Source: Dehalococcoides mccartyi
GTDB lineage: Bacteria; Chloroflexota; Dehalococcoidia; GIF9; DYGU01
Assembly (NCBI GenBank): GCA_020724525.1
Contig: DYGU01000004.1
Span: forward strand, 35,100-99,099
Length of the DNA: 64,000 nt
Reading direction: 5' to 3'
In this document: positions 49,998 to 59,865 of the stretch, piece after piece
How the letters are laid out: the number at the start of each line of letters is the position of its first letter
Position numbering within the stretch: the first letter of the stretch is position 1
Notes under the pieces: generated by a model
The model's input: the letters and a program-made list of their open reading frames with translations, nothing else
What the model was told of the DNA's origin: nothing
Databases searched by the model: none
Program-made: the position numbers and the translations under genes

Positions 49998-51365
49998 ATG
50001 CCACTTAAAGGGACTGATATTGTCAAAAAGCTTCCTGAATCGGGCAAAAAGAACTGTAAGGAATGTGGTTTCCCTACCTGCTTTGCCTTTGCTATGAAGT
50101 TAGCCTCAGGGGGGACTACTGTGGACAAGTGTCCCTATCTTTCCCCAGAGGTCAAGGCTGAATTAGAAGATGCCTTAGCTCCTCCGATACGGTTGGTTAC
50201 CATTGGTCGTGGTGAAAATAGCCTTCAGATTGGTAATGAAGAAGTAATTTACAGGCATGAGAAGACCTTTATCCATAAACCTGGCATTGCCTTTCTTATT
50301 TCTGACATAGAGAGCGAGGCTAAGGTTGAGGAAAAGGTGGAGAAGCTTAGGGGACTCCAGTTTCCGCGGGTAGGGCTAACCCTTAAAGCTGACCTGCTGG
50401 CTTTAAGGAATGAATCAGGGGAAAAATCTAAGTTTGAAGCTTTAGTAAGGAGAGTTTACCAGAATACTGATGCTCCCCTTATATTAATTTCTGAGGATAC
50501 AGATGCCCTGTTTTTGGCTCGGGACATATGTGCCGATAGGTCACCCCTTGTTTATCCCATAACTAAAGAAAATATCGATGAGGCAATTCCGAAAATAAAG
50601 GAGAAGCCAACTCCGGTGGGAGTGCGGGGACAAAATATTGAAGACCTTATTTTCCTTACCACTAAATTGAAAGACGCCGGAATTGGAGATATAGTTTTAG
50701 ACCCTGGCTCCAGATGCTTTCAGCAAGCTATAGCTGATCAGACTCTAATTCGCCGCGCCGCTTTAAAGCAGAATTTTAGACCTTTGGGCTATCCTACTAT
50801 TGGCTTTCCTTGTTTCATGGCTAAAGATAACTTGAGGGAGTTCCTTGTTGCGGCTATGTTTATTATTAAATACGCTGGGATTATTGTCCTTTCCGATACC
50901 GACAAGGAATCGTTACTGCCCCTATTAGTCCAAAGACTTAGTATCTACACTGACCCCCGGATACCTATGTCTGTTGAAGACAAAGTATATGAAATCCTCG
51001 AAGCTACTGAAGAATCGCCTGTACTCCTGACTGCTAATTGGGCATTGACCTATTTTATCGTTTCCGGGGAAATTGAAGGTAGTAAGGTTTCGTCTTGGCT
51101 GTGCGTTAAGAATACGGAAGGGCTGGGGGTGCTTACTGCCTGGGCAGCCGGTAAGTTTTCCGGTGATACTATAGGTCCCTTTATCAGGAAATGTGGCATT
51201 GAAGGTAAGGTGAAACATCGCCGGCTAATTATTCCGGGGAAAGTAGCCCGGATTAAAGGCGAGCTGGAAGAGGCATTGCCTGGCTGGGAAATTATTGTTG
51301 GACCTCGGGAAGCCGCTGAAATCCCAGCCTTTTTGCCAACCCTTGTGCGGCAGTGGCAGAACTAA
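49998..51365 (+). CDS. acsC: Corrinoid/iron-sulfur protein large subunit (AcsC / CdhE).
   Basis: N-terminal [4Fe-4S] motif CKECGFPTCFAFAMKLASGGTTVDKCPY, followed by TIM-barrel and B12-binding regions. Confidence 0.85.
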   Translation: MPLKGTDIVKKLPESGKKNCKECGFPTCFAFAMKLASGGTTVDKCPYLSPEVKAELEDALAPPIRLVTIGRGENSLQIGNEEVIYRHEKTFIHKPGIAFLISDIESEAKVEEKVEKLRGLQFPRVGLTLKADLLALRNESGEKSKFEALVRRVYQNTDAPLILISEDTDALFLARDICADRSPLVYPITKENIDEAIPKIKEKPTPVGVRGQNIEDLIFLTTKLKDAGIGDIVLDPGSRCFQQAIADQTLIRRAALKQNFRPLGYPTIGFPCFMAKDNLREFLVAAMFIIKYAGIIVLSDTDKESLLPLLVQRLSIYTDPRIPMSVEDKVYEILEATEESPVLLTANWALTYFIVSGEIEGSKVSSWLCVKNTEGLGVLTAWAAGKFSGDTIGPFIRKCGIEGKVKHRRLIIPGKVARIKGELEEALPGWEIIVGPREAAEIPAFLPTLVRQWQN

Positions 51366-51835
51366 AAGAGCGTCTTCAGAGGCTCCTAACTGAAGAAAAA
51401 AGGGACAAACGACACTTAATTTCCCTCCTTCAGGAAATTCAACAGGAGTTTAGTTATCTTCCTCGGGAAGTGATGTTGGAAATTGCCTGGTTCCTGGGAG
51501 TATCTCCGAGCACTGTTTATAGTGTAACTACTTTCTTTAATCAATTCCGCTTTACCCCGGTGGGAAAGCATCCCATAAGAATCTGTCTGGGAACAGCTTG
51601 TCATCTGGCTGGGGGTAAGTTAGTCCTGGAAACTGTGGAAAGGGAGCTTGATATTAAAGTTGGTGGTGTAACTGCTGATGGTCAATTTGGTTTGGAGAGG
51701 GTGGCTTGCATTGGCTGCTGTGCTCTGGCTCCGGTAATGACCATTAATGGTGACGTTTACTCCAGGCTGACTCCGCTAAAGATGGAAGAGGTGTTGACTT
51801 TGCTTAAGTCTGGTGGTGAGTCTGAAAGAAAGTGA
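51353..51835 (+). CDS. NuoE-like [2Fe-2S] subunit (second copy).
   Basis: 160 aa with CLGTACH...CIGCCALAP. Host-like codon usage. Overlaps acsC by 13 nt. Confidence 0.85.
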   Translation: MAELKERLQRLLTEEKRDKRHLISLLQEIQQEFSYLPREVMLEIAWFLGVSPSTVYSVTTFFNQFRFTPVGKHPIRICLGTACHLAGGKLVLETVERELDIKVGGVTADGQFGLERVACIGCCALAPVMTINGDVYSRLTPLKMEEVLTLLKSGGESERK

Positions 51836-53721
51836 CCTTCAAAGAAATTCAGAAACTGGCAAGAGCTGAGTGGGACTCTCTCTATTATGGGGAAATTCCT
51901 CTTATCCTTGTGGGTACTGCGACCTGCGGTCGGGCTGCTGGCGCCTTGGCTGTGGTTGAGGCTTTTGAAAAAGAAATAGTCCGGCGGAAGGCTGCTGCCA
52001 GAGTTATCCAGGTTGGCTGTATGGGGCTTTGTTATACTGAACCCCTGGTCACTATAATCAAACCTAAATCCTTTCGGGTTTGCTACAAAAATATTACCCC
52101 GGACTTGGTACCTCGGCTTGTAGAAGGCTATATTTTGGGTGATGACCCTTGTTTGGAGCTTGCTTTGGGCACCTTAGCCGGGGGTAATGGTGAAGCTATC
52201 TCCATTCCTGAACTGTCTCGGTTTGAAAAGGAGCCTCGCCTCATTATGCGCCGCTGCGGCTATATTAACCCTGAAGATATAAAACACTATGTTGCCAGCG
52301 GTGGGTATAGTAGCTTGGTTCGGGCTTTACAAATGCCCGCCCGGGAAATAATTAGTCAGCTAAAAAGGTCGGGGTTAAGAGGGATGGGCGGCGCCGGTTT
52401 CCCCACCGGAGAAAAATGGGAACTTTGTCAAAAAGCTAAAGGTAAGCCTAAATATGTGATATGCAATGCTGATGAAGGTGACCCCGGCGCTTTTATGGAC
52501 CGGGTTGTCCTGGAAAGTGACCCCCACCAGGTTTTAGAAGGCATGATTATCGCCGGTTATGCTTTGGGTAGTTCTCAAGGCTATATTTATATTCGAGCCG
52601 AATACCCTTTAGCTATTAAGCGTTTGAAGATTGCCCTTGACCAGGCTCAAGAATATGGTTTTTTAGGTAAAAACATATTAGGCACTGTTTTTAGTTTTTA
52701 CATAGAATTAGAATCAGGAGCTGGGGCTTTTGTCTCTGGTGAGGCGACGGCGCTGATGCGTGCCATCGAAGGCAAGCGGAGCATACCGAGGGCAAGACCA
52801 CCACATTCGGTAGAGGCTGGCTTGTGGGGGAAGCCAACTTTACTTAATAATGTAAAAACTTTTGTTTTTGTTCCTCTCATAATAGCCCGCGGCGCTGACT
52901 GGTTTTCTACTATAGGCACCGAAAGAAGTAAGGGGACAGCCATTTTCGCTTTAGCTGGTAAGATAACCAATACCGGCTTAGTTGAAGTGCCTATGGGAAC
53001 GACTTTGCGTGAGCTAATTTTTGATATTGGTGGTGGTATTCGGCAGGGTAAGCTTTTCAAAGGAATACAAATTGGAGGTCCCTCAGGAGGTTGCTTGCCG
53101 GCGAGTCTCCTGGAAACTCCCGTTGACTTTGATTCTTTGTCTAAAGCCGGAGCCATGATGGGTTCCGGTGGGCTAATTGTCATGGATGAGGACAATTGTA
53201 TGGTAGATACGGCTCGCTTCTTCCTTGATTTTACCCAGAAAGAGTCCTGTGGCAAATGCACCACCTGCCGTATAGGTACTAAACAAATGCTGGATGTATT
53301 GGAAGATATTGTTGCCGGAAGAGGCAAAATAGAAGATATGGATTTGCTTGTTGAGTTGGGTGAAGATATCAGGGATGGCTCCCTTTGTGGCTTAGGCAGA
53401 ACGGCTTCCAACCCGGTGCTGACTACTATCCGCTATTTTCATGATGAATATGAGGCTCATATTCTCGAAAAACGCTGCCCGGCTCTGGTTTGTAAAGAGC
53501 TTATTGCCTATTATATTATTCCGGAAAAATGTGAGAAAGGCTGTGAACATTGTGTTCTCAATTGCCCGGTAAAAGCCATTTCCAGCGATGAAAGGAGACT
53601 GAAAATTATTGACCAGACGAAGTGTACTAAATGTGGCACTTGCCTGGAGGTATGTCCCGCTGAGTATAATGCTGTGGTAAAATTATCACCTCCTACTTTA
53701 GTGCCAATGAAGGAGGGTTAA
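51832..53721 (+). CDS. NuoF-like flavoprotein (second copy), with N-terminal thioredoxin-like domain and C-terminal ferredoxin motifs.
   Basis: GGAGFPTGEKWE, CNADEGDPGAF, ESCGKCTTCRIGT-x39-C, C-terminal CEKGCEHCVLNCP and CTKCGTCLEVCP. About 65% identical by eye to the 40786 copy across the core. Confidence 0.85.
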   Translation: MTFKEIQKLARAEWDSLYYGEIPLILVGTATCGRAAGALAVVEAFEKEIVRRKAAARVIQVGCMGLCYTEPLVTIIKPKSFRVCYKNITPDLVPRLVEGYILGDDPCLELALGTLAGGNGEAISIPELSRFEKEPRLIMRRCGYINPEDIKHYVASGGYSSLVRALQMPAREIISQLKRSGLRGMGGAGFPTGEKWELCQKAKGKPKYVICNADEGDPGAFMDRVVLESDPHQVLEGMIIAGYALGSSQGYIYIRAEYPLAIKRLKIALDQAQEYGFLGKNILGTVFSFYIELESGAGAFVSGEATALMRAIEGKRSIPRARPPHSVEAGLWGKPTLLNNVKTFVFVPLIIARGADWFSTIGTERSKGTAIFALAGKITNTGLVEVPMGTTLRELIFDIGGGIRQGKLFKGIQIGGPSGGCLPASLLETPVDFDSLSKAGAMMGSGGLIVMDEDNCMVDTARFFLDFTQKESCGKCTTCRIGTKQMLDVLEDIVAGRGKIEDMDLLVELGEDIRDGSLCGLGRTASNPVLTTIRYFHDEYEAHILEKRCPALVCKELIAYYIIPEKCEKGCEHCVLNCPVKAISSDERRLKIIDQTKCTKCGTCLEVCPAEYNAVVKLSPPTLVPMKEG

Positions 53722-53839
53722 AAATCCCCATGACAGATATCGTCTAAACCAAGACTTTTGCCTGCAGCAATAAACTGTCATGGGGTCCCCATTATGGCTT
53801 ATTGCTGGGGACATATGTAAAAGGTAGACGCTATCCATA

Positions 53840-54616
53840 ATGGGGTTTAGAAGGAGGGTTAAGTTGACTACTGTTGCCGTTGCCGGAAAGGGAGGTGTCG
53901 GTAAAACAGTCATCGCTGCTTTGTTAATAAAGGCTCTTTCGGAAAAGGGTGTGGTTCTGGCGATTGATGCTGACCCCAGTACTAACCTGAATTTAGCTTT
54001 GGGCTTACCTCTAACCGAAACTGTGGGCAGAGTGCGCGAAGACCTGACCGAGGACATTACTAAAGGAAGTTTGCCTACTGGGGTATCCAAGCAAGAACTT
54101 CTGGATATGAAGATAAGGGAAGCTTTGGTCGAGTCAGCCAGAATTGACCTTTTAGCTATGGGACGCCCTGAGGGTCCTGGCTGTTATTGCGCCGCTAATC
54201 ATATGCTCCGTCTCTCCATTGACCAGCTGGCTAAGAGTTATGATTATACAGTCATAGATTGTGAAGCCGGTATGGAACATATTAGCCGACGGACAACCCG
54301 TGATATAGATATTTTGCTTATTATTTCTGACCCCACAATACGGGGTGTGACCGCAGCAGCTCGGATGAAGGAACTTATGAAAGAATTACGCACCAGGACA
54401 GGGAAAATTTATCTAGCAGTGAACCGGGTAAAAGACGGACTCCCTAAAGAAATTGGAGAAGCTATTAATAAGTCCGGGCTTAACCTGATTGCTATCATAC
54501 CTGAAGACCCTAACATTGCTCCTTTGGAAGTAAAAGGAGCCCCTCTCGTTGAACTTCCGCCTGATTCCCCTCTCCAGTCGGGGGTAAGAGAAATAGTTAC
54601 CAAGTTAGGTCTTTGA
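53840..54616 (+). CDS. cooC: CooC/AcsF-type Ni-insertion ATPase (MinD family). A TTG start at 53864 is possible.
   Basis: P-loop VAVAGKGGVGKT and a CooC-like CxC motif (GPGCYCAANHM). Confidence 0.8.
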   Translation: MGFRRRVKLTTVAVAGKGGVGKTVIAALLIKALSEKGVVLAIDADPSTNLNLALGLPLTETVGRVREDLTEDITKGSLPTGVSKQELLDMKIREALVESARIDLLAMGRPEGPGCYCAANHMLRLSIDQLAKSYDYTVIDCEAGMEHISRRTTRDIDILLIISDPTIRGVTAAARMKELMKELRTRTGKIYLAVNRVKDGLPKEIGEAINKSGLNLIAIIPEDPNIAPLEVKGAPLVELPPDSPLQSGVREIVTKLGL

Positions 54617-54689
54617 CTATTAGTTTGGAGACGATTGGTGTCCTTTATATAAGGGAAACTAATCCGGATAAAAATCTTCCCGAAATTTG

Positions 54690-56384
54690 CTACCGAGTGT
54701 GACTACTTGCCATCCTGCCAAACTCCTTTTCCAACTGGCGCGAACTTAAATGGACCATAGTTGGTCTGGCGTGAGGGCAGGCGCGAGGCTGGCTGGTCTG
54801 CTCCAGTTGCCTTACCAACTCTCTTATTTCTTCGTTGCTTAATATCTGTCCAGCTTTGATAGCGTTATGACAAGCTAAGGACTGGGCTATCTTTTCTTCC
54901 CAGGAAGCCGAAGCCTCCTTAAAGGTCAGTAAGTCCATTAAGGCTTTAGTGCTTTCCATTAAATTTGCTTCCTTAATCAAGGCTGGTACCGTCTTTATCA
55001 GATAGCTTCTGGTTCCGAAGGGTTCTATACTAAAACCAAATTGGTTAAGGACATCGGCTTTAGTTCTCAGGATTTCCTCTTGCCTTGGAGTTAGCTCTAT
55101 CACTATTGGCTCCAGAAGTCCCTGGACTTCTACCTGTTGCCGGGAGCGCTGAGTCAAGAGTTTTTCATAGAGAATACGCTCATGAGCCGCATGTTGGTCG
55201 ATGAGATAAAGTCCCTCCGGACCTTCGGTTATAATGTAGTTATTAGCTAACTGCCCTACCACCCTGAGAATTGGCAGTTCCAGAGACAAAGCTGACTTTT
55301 CACCGGTCTCAACCCATGGATTGGAGGGCAAAATAGCTGGTGTGGGGACAGTCTTGAACTTTGGTGCCGGGACTGCCGCCAGTGCTTTCCTTATTGCCCT
55401 TTGTGTGGCTATAAACACATTCTGGTCATGCCAGAATTTAACCTCTCTTTTGGCAGGGTGGACATTGACATCAATTTCCTCAGGTGGTAGTGACAGGCTT
55501 ATTATTACTATGGGATATTTTCCACTCATTAGAAAGCCCTGATAAGCTTGCTCCACTGCTTTAGTCAGAAGGCGGCTTTGTATCCAGCGCCGGTTAACAA
55601 AGAAGCTGAAATAGCCCCGACTGGAGCGGCTTAAAGACGGTAGACTTACCAGCCCACTAACAACAGGCATAGTATCCCGGTTGTTTACCTCCAGCATTTT
55701 CTGAGCCACTTCCGCCCCGTAGACTTCAACGACAACGTCTCTCAGGTTGCCGTTGCCTGAAGTGTTGAGGACTAAACGCCCGTTGATAATTAAGCTAAAC
55801 CTTATTTCAGGGAAGGCTAAAGCATATTGGCTTACCAGGTGAGCGATATAGCTATTTTCGGTGGCTGGTGACTTAAGGAACTTGAGCCGAGCCGGGAAGT
55901 TGCGGAAAAGCTGACGGACGCTAATGGTAGTTCCTCGGGCACGAGCCCGGCTTTCCCGCCGATTTATTGCGCCATTTTTAAGGCTAAGGTAAGTTCCAGA
56001 ACTATCCGCCACTGATTGGGTCAGAATTTCCACCTCCGCCACTGTGGCGATACTGGGTAAGGCTTCCCCCCTAAAACCGAGGGTTGAAATTCTCTCCAAA
56101 TCTGCCAGTTGGCTAATTTTGCTGGTAGCATAGCGCTGGAAAGCCAGTTCTATCTCCCTTGCCGGAACCCCCAGACCATTATCGGTTACCCGAATTAACT
56201 CTATTCCACCACCCCTGACCTCAACACCAATCTGAGTAGCACCAGCATCCAAGGAGTTCTCCACCAGCTCCTTCACCACTGAAGCCGGTCTCTCCACCAC
56301 CTCCCCGGCAGCAATTTTAGAGACAACCTCAGGGGCTAAAACTTGGATGGGCATCAACCTTTTGTCAAGTAAAAGCAGTGACAT
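54690..56384 (-). CDS. mutL: DNA mismatch repair protein MutL (start probably MPIQVL, about 56354).
   Basis: GHKL ATPase N-terminus (VVKELVENSLDAGA, DNGLGV) and a C-terminal dimerisation domain. Confidence 0.9.
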   Translation of the reverse strand: MSLLLLDKRLMPIQVLAPEVVSKIAAGEVVERPASVVKELVENSLDAGATQIGVEVRGGGIELIRVTDNGLGVPAREIELAFQRYATSKISQLADLERISTLGFRGEALPSIATVAEVEILTQSVADSSGTYLSLKNGAINRRESRARARGTTISVRQLFRNFPARLKFLKSPATENSYIAHLVSQYALAFPEIRFSLIINGRLVLNTSGNGNLRDVVVEVYGAEVAQKMLEVNNRDTMPVVSGLVSLPSLSRSSRGYFSFFVNRRWIQSRLLTKAVEQAYQGFLMSGKYPIVIISLSLPPEEIDVNVHPAKREVKFWHDQNVFIATQRAIRKALAAVPAPKFKTVPTPAILPSNPWVETGEKSALSLELPILRVVGQLANNYIITEGPEGLYLIDQHAAHERILYEKLLTQRSRQQVEVQGLLEPIVIELTPRQEEILRTKADVLNQFGFSIEPFGTRSYLIKTVPALIKEANLMESTKALMDLLTFKEASASWEEKIAQSLACHNAIKAGQILSNEEIRELVRQLEQTSQPRACPHARPTMVHLSSRQLEKEFGRMASSHTR

Positions 56385-56439
56385 AAGTTAACCCCGGGTG
56401 GATTTCGTGTTCCACATCTCAAGCAACTTCTTGGAGTAT

Positions 56440-56637
56440 TCATAGCAACCTCCTCTTTGCCCCCCGTCGTGGCTGATAAGTTCCAGCAAATATTTCCAGT
56501 TTATTTCTATCAATAAGCCAGGTATTGTGGATTTTGGTAGCCGGTATGTCGCCTTGACGACAAAGACGCTTTACCGTTTCAGGGTGAATCCTTAGCCTTC
56601 GCGCAGCTTCAATCACTGTTAAATAATGATCTAACAT
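56440..56637 (-). CDS. Excisionase/MerR-type helix-turn-helix DNA-binding protein.
   Basis: 65 aa: LTVIEAARRLRIHPETVKRLCRQGDIPATKI is a typical HTH_17 motif. Confidence 0.55.
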   Translation of the reverse strand: MLDHYLTVIEAARRLRIHPETVKRLCRQGDIPATKIHNTWLIDRNKLEIFAGTYQPRRGAKRRLL

Positions 56638-56743
56638 AGCACCTTTCGGCTAATGCTTTATCAAAGCAATATTAACACAGGTAATCAGCAGAGTCAAATG
56701 CCATCATCAATGTTACACGCTTCCGTGTAAACTGTCAATACCC

Positions 56744-58924
56744 CTATGACCTAAATTCCGGGGCTTTCTCGACTTTCTTTAACGGTGCCAGGCTGAGGAG
56801 GAGCTTTTTTGTCCCGGCTTCCTTAAAAGTCACGGTTACTACTTGGTCGTCCCCCATCCGGGAGCAGTCTATTACTTCCCCTTCGCCAAATATTTTATGG
56901 TGGACATGCTCACCAATTTTTAGGCTTAATAAGGTGAAACGACGAGGCGAAGGAGCAGCTACCGGGGCAAAGAGTTCTTCCTCCCACAGACCTTTAATAG
57001 TTACCAGGTGGGGCGGGATATCTTTGAGGAAGCGTGATGGGGGATTTAAGGAACTGCCGCCGAGGAAACTACGCCGGTAGGCGCGCAATAGATAGACTTG
57101 TTTCTGAGCCCGGGTCACTCCCACATAGCACAAACGCCGTTCCTCCTCTATTTCCTCAGGGTCGTCAAAAGACTTCCGGTGGGGCAGAACCCCTTCCTCC
57201 ATCCCCACAATAAACACAACCGGAAATTCCAAGCCCTTAGCCTGATGTAAGGTGATCAAGGTAACAGCCTCGGCTTTTTCATCCAGTTCATCAACATCGG
57301 ACACCAGAGTTACTTTCTCTAGGAAAGTGGCTAAAGCTTCTTCAGGACTAAGCCCTCCGTATTCCTCGGTTGCCGCCCGCAATTCCAGGACATTTTCCCA
57401 GCGCTCTTCGCCATCTTCTTGGCCCAAAAGGTATTTCTGGTAGCCAGTGCTTTCGAGCACTTCGTCTACCAATTCAGAGAGACTCAGCTCCTTGCTTTTA
57501 TTTCTGAGTTCTTCCATAAGATTAAAGAAAGTGTTCAAGGCGTAGGTGGTGCGGGGGGTAAAAGCTGGTTCTTTCTCCTCGCTTGCCTTTAGGGCATGAT
57601 AGAGAGAGATATTTTGAGAGCGTGCCCAGGCTGATAACTCTGCCAGAGTGCGCTGTCCAATTCCTCGTCCCGGGATATTTATTATGCGCATCAAACTGAT
57701 ATTGTCTGAAGGATTGTGGAGGACTCGAAGATAAGCGATAATATCTTTAATTTCCCGGCGCTGGTAGAAGCGAGTGCCACCCACCAGCTTGTAAGGCACT
57801 CCATAGCGCATAAAGGCTTCTTCTAAAGCTCGTGACTGGGCATTGACCCGATACATAACGGCGCAGTCCCGTAGGGAGGCTTCGCCATCACTCGCCAGCT
57901 TTTCTATTTCGCCGACGACAAACTGGGCTTCTTCGTCTTCGCTGTAGGTCTCCACAATAGCTACCGCGACACCCGTTTCATTTTCCGTCCACAGACTCTT
58001 TGGTTTGCGCTTAAGGTTAGCCGAGATGATATGGGAGGCTATTTCAAGAACGGTCTTGGTCGAGCGGTAATTCTGTTCCAGGAAAACCACTTTGGTATCA
58101 GGATAGTCTTTCTCAAAGCTAAGAATATTTCGCAGGTCAGCAAAGCGCCAGGAGTAAATGGACTGGTCGGGATCACCGACCACGCAAATATTACGGTACT
58201 TCCCAGCCAGTTGTTTTATCAGTATATACTGGGTGATATTAGTATCCTGGAACTCATCAACAAGGATATGGAGATAACGGGACTGGTAGCGGTTAAGAAC
58301 TTCAGGATGCTCTGCAAAAAGTTGCACTGTCTTTAGTAGCAGGTCGTCAAAATCAACCGCTTGGCTCCGGGTAAGGAGTTGCTGGTAGTGCTCATAGACT
58401 CGGTGTACTACCTCATCAAAATAGCTATGAGTCTGGTGGGCATACTCCTTAGGCGATAGCCCTCGGCTTTTGGCGGCTTTAATAGCTGATTGGATAGCCC
58501 GGGGAGTATAGTGTTTAGGGTCAAGCCTGACTTCCAGAAGACTCTGTTTGATTAAGGTTAGCTGGTCTTCTTCGTCATAAATAACAAACCTGGGGTCAAG
58601 CCCGATAACTTTGCCTTCCCGGCGCAGAATGCCAGCACAGATAGCATGAAAGGTGCCTAAGGTTAGGGCCTCGGATGTTTGCCCCAGAAGCCTTTCCAGC
58701 CTTTCTCTCATTTCATTAGCTGCCTTATTGGTAAAGGTAACTGCCATAATGCGGTGCGGGTTAATGCCACAAACCTTAATAAGATAAGCTACTCGATGAG
58801 TGATAACCCGGGTCTTACCACTGCCAGGACCAGCTAAGATAAGGAGAGGTCCCTGAATAGTCTGAACGGCCTGTCTCTGGGCGGGATTAAGTCCAGCAAG
58901 GATGTCCATGGGGTTAAAAGCCAT
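56744..58924 (-). CDS. pcrA: ATP-dependent DNA helicase PcrA/UvrD.
   Basis: N-terminus LNPAQRQAV, Walker A AGPGSGKTRV, DEFQDTN, and a C-terminal HQAKGLEFP motif. Confidence 0.9.
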   Translation of the reverse strand: MAFNPMDILAGLNPAQRQAVQTIQGPLLILAGPGSGKTRVITHRVAYLIKVCGINPHRIMAVTFTNKAANEMRERLERLLGQTSEALTLGTFHAICAGILRREGKVIGLDPRFVIYDEEDQLTLIKQSLLEVRLDPKHYTPRAIQSAIKAAKSRGLSPKEYAHQTHSYFDEVVHRVYEHYQQLLTRSQAVDFDDLLLKTVQLFAEHPEVLNRYQSRYLHILVDEFQDTNITQYILIKQLAGKYRNICVVGDPDQSIYSWRFADLRNILSFEKDYPDTKVVFLEQNYRSTKTVLEIASHIISANLKRKPKSLWTENETGVAVAIVETYSEDEEAQFVVGEIEKLASDGEASLRDCAVMYRVNAQSRALEEAFMRYGVPYKLVGGTRFYQRREIKDIIAYLRVLHNPSDNISLMRIINIPGRGIGQRTLAELSAWARSQNISLYHALKASEEKEPAFTPRTTYALNTFFNLMEELRNKSKELSLSELVDEVLESTGYQKYLLGQEDGEERWENVLELRAATEEYGGLSPEEALATFLEKVTLVSDVDELDEKAEAVTLITLHQAKGLEFPVVFIVGMEEGVLPHRKSFDDPEEIEEERRLCYVGVTRAQKQVYLLRAYRRSFLGGSSLNPPSRFLKDIPPHLVTIKGLWEEELFAPVAAPSPRRFTLLSLKIGEHVHHKIFGEGEVIDCSRMGDDQVVTVTFKEAGTKKLLLSLAPLKKVEKAPEFRS

Positions 58925-59048
58925 TATAGCATTGAGTGGGTTATAGCTTCAAAAGAAAATCCTTAGGCCACACAATTTGACAAAGAGCCCAAGCGGATGT
59001 ATCATTCAAAATGCCTACCAGATGGATACAACTTCTTAGAGACAACAG

Positions 59049-59339
59049 GTGGCAACAATTACTGTCCGTTTCTATACATTTCTCTGCCATATACTGGGCG
59101 TAGATAGTCTTCCTTTGGAAGTAGATAATGTAGAGGAGGCTATAATGCAGCTGGAAGAGAAATTTCAGTCCCGACTTCAGGAACAGATCCATGCCCGAGG
59201 AGTCGGAGCAGATATAAAGCTGCGGGATTTTTGGCTCTTGCTTGTTAATGGTCGTACCGTAGATAAGCAGAACTTAAGACAGATTAGGTTAGAAACGGGG
59301 GACGTTCTGCAGTTTCTCCCTCCTGCTGCCGGTGGCTAA
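59049..59339 (+). CDS. MoaD/ThiS-family ubiquitin-like sulfur-carrier protein.
   Basis: 96 aa ending in PPAAGG (C-terminal Gly-Gly) with the MoaD-like pattern (ITVRFY...VNGRTV...ETGDVLQFLPP). Confidence 0.65.
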   Translation: MATITVRFYTFLCHILGVDSLPLEVDNVEEAIMQLEEKFQSRLQEQIHARGVGADIKLRDFWLLLVNGRTVDKQNLRQIRLETGDVLQFLPPAAGG

Positions 59340-59366
59340 AAGTGCTCTCGCCATTGTTTTTTTGCT

Positions 59367-59730
59367 TTAGAATCTCTCAAGCCGGTATGCCCACCATCCT
59401 TTCGAGAGCCTCAGTTTTGCGCTAATCTCGTCTGATATCCCTAATTTAGCGGCAATCTCTTCTTTCTTCAGCCCTTTCTCTTTCAATCGGAATATTTTCT
59501 GTGTATATTTGGCTTGTTCTCTTTTCCTGTCTGCTATTTCCCGGATAGCAGCTATGTTCCCTACTGGGTTTACATCTACAATCTTGTTTTCCTCAAGCTT
59601 TAAAAAGATACGTTCCCCTTCTTCGGTCCTGATTACTACTGTTGACCATCCTTCCTGGGAGCCTTCCCTGCCGATGGATATGTCAGCTAATTCATTGGTG
59701 AAATCTTCACACGCAAGGCAGTGTTTTTCT
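59367..59730 (-). pseudogene. Start-less fragment encoding an FrhB-C-terminal-like segment fused to an HTH-like tail; probably a gene remnant.
   Basis: Reverse frame reads ...ELADISIGREGSQEGWSTVVIRTEEGERIFLKLEENKIVD... (F420 hydrogenase/dehydrogenase beta C-terminal signature), then KEKGLKKEEIAAKLGISDEISAKL. The frame opens right after a TAA and contains no Met. Confidence 0.35.
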
Positions 59731-59865
59731 TAAAAAATCTCAAAAGTGGACTGTTTAAACTTGAAAACGGACTGTTAAAGGCTGAAAAGTAAACTCCGAT
59801 GGTACATTCCTCAGTAATCAACCTCATTTACAATATTTGCCGGTGGGTAGTGGCTAATCGGGGCC

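Noticed and set aside
52698-53411. 237 aa minus-strand ORF antisense to the second nuoF
   Set aside because: It is fully contained in a well-supported gene, has a Ser/Pro-rich low-complexity product, and has no start context.
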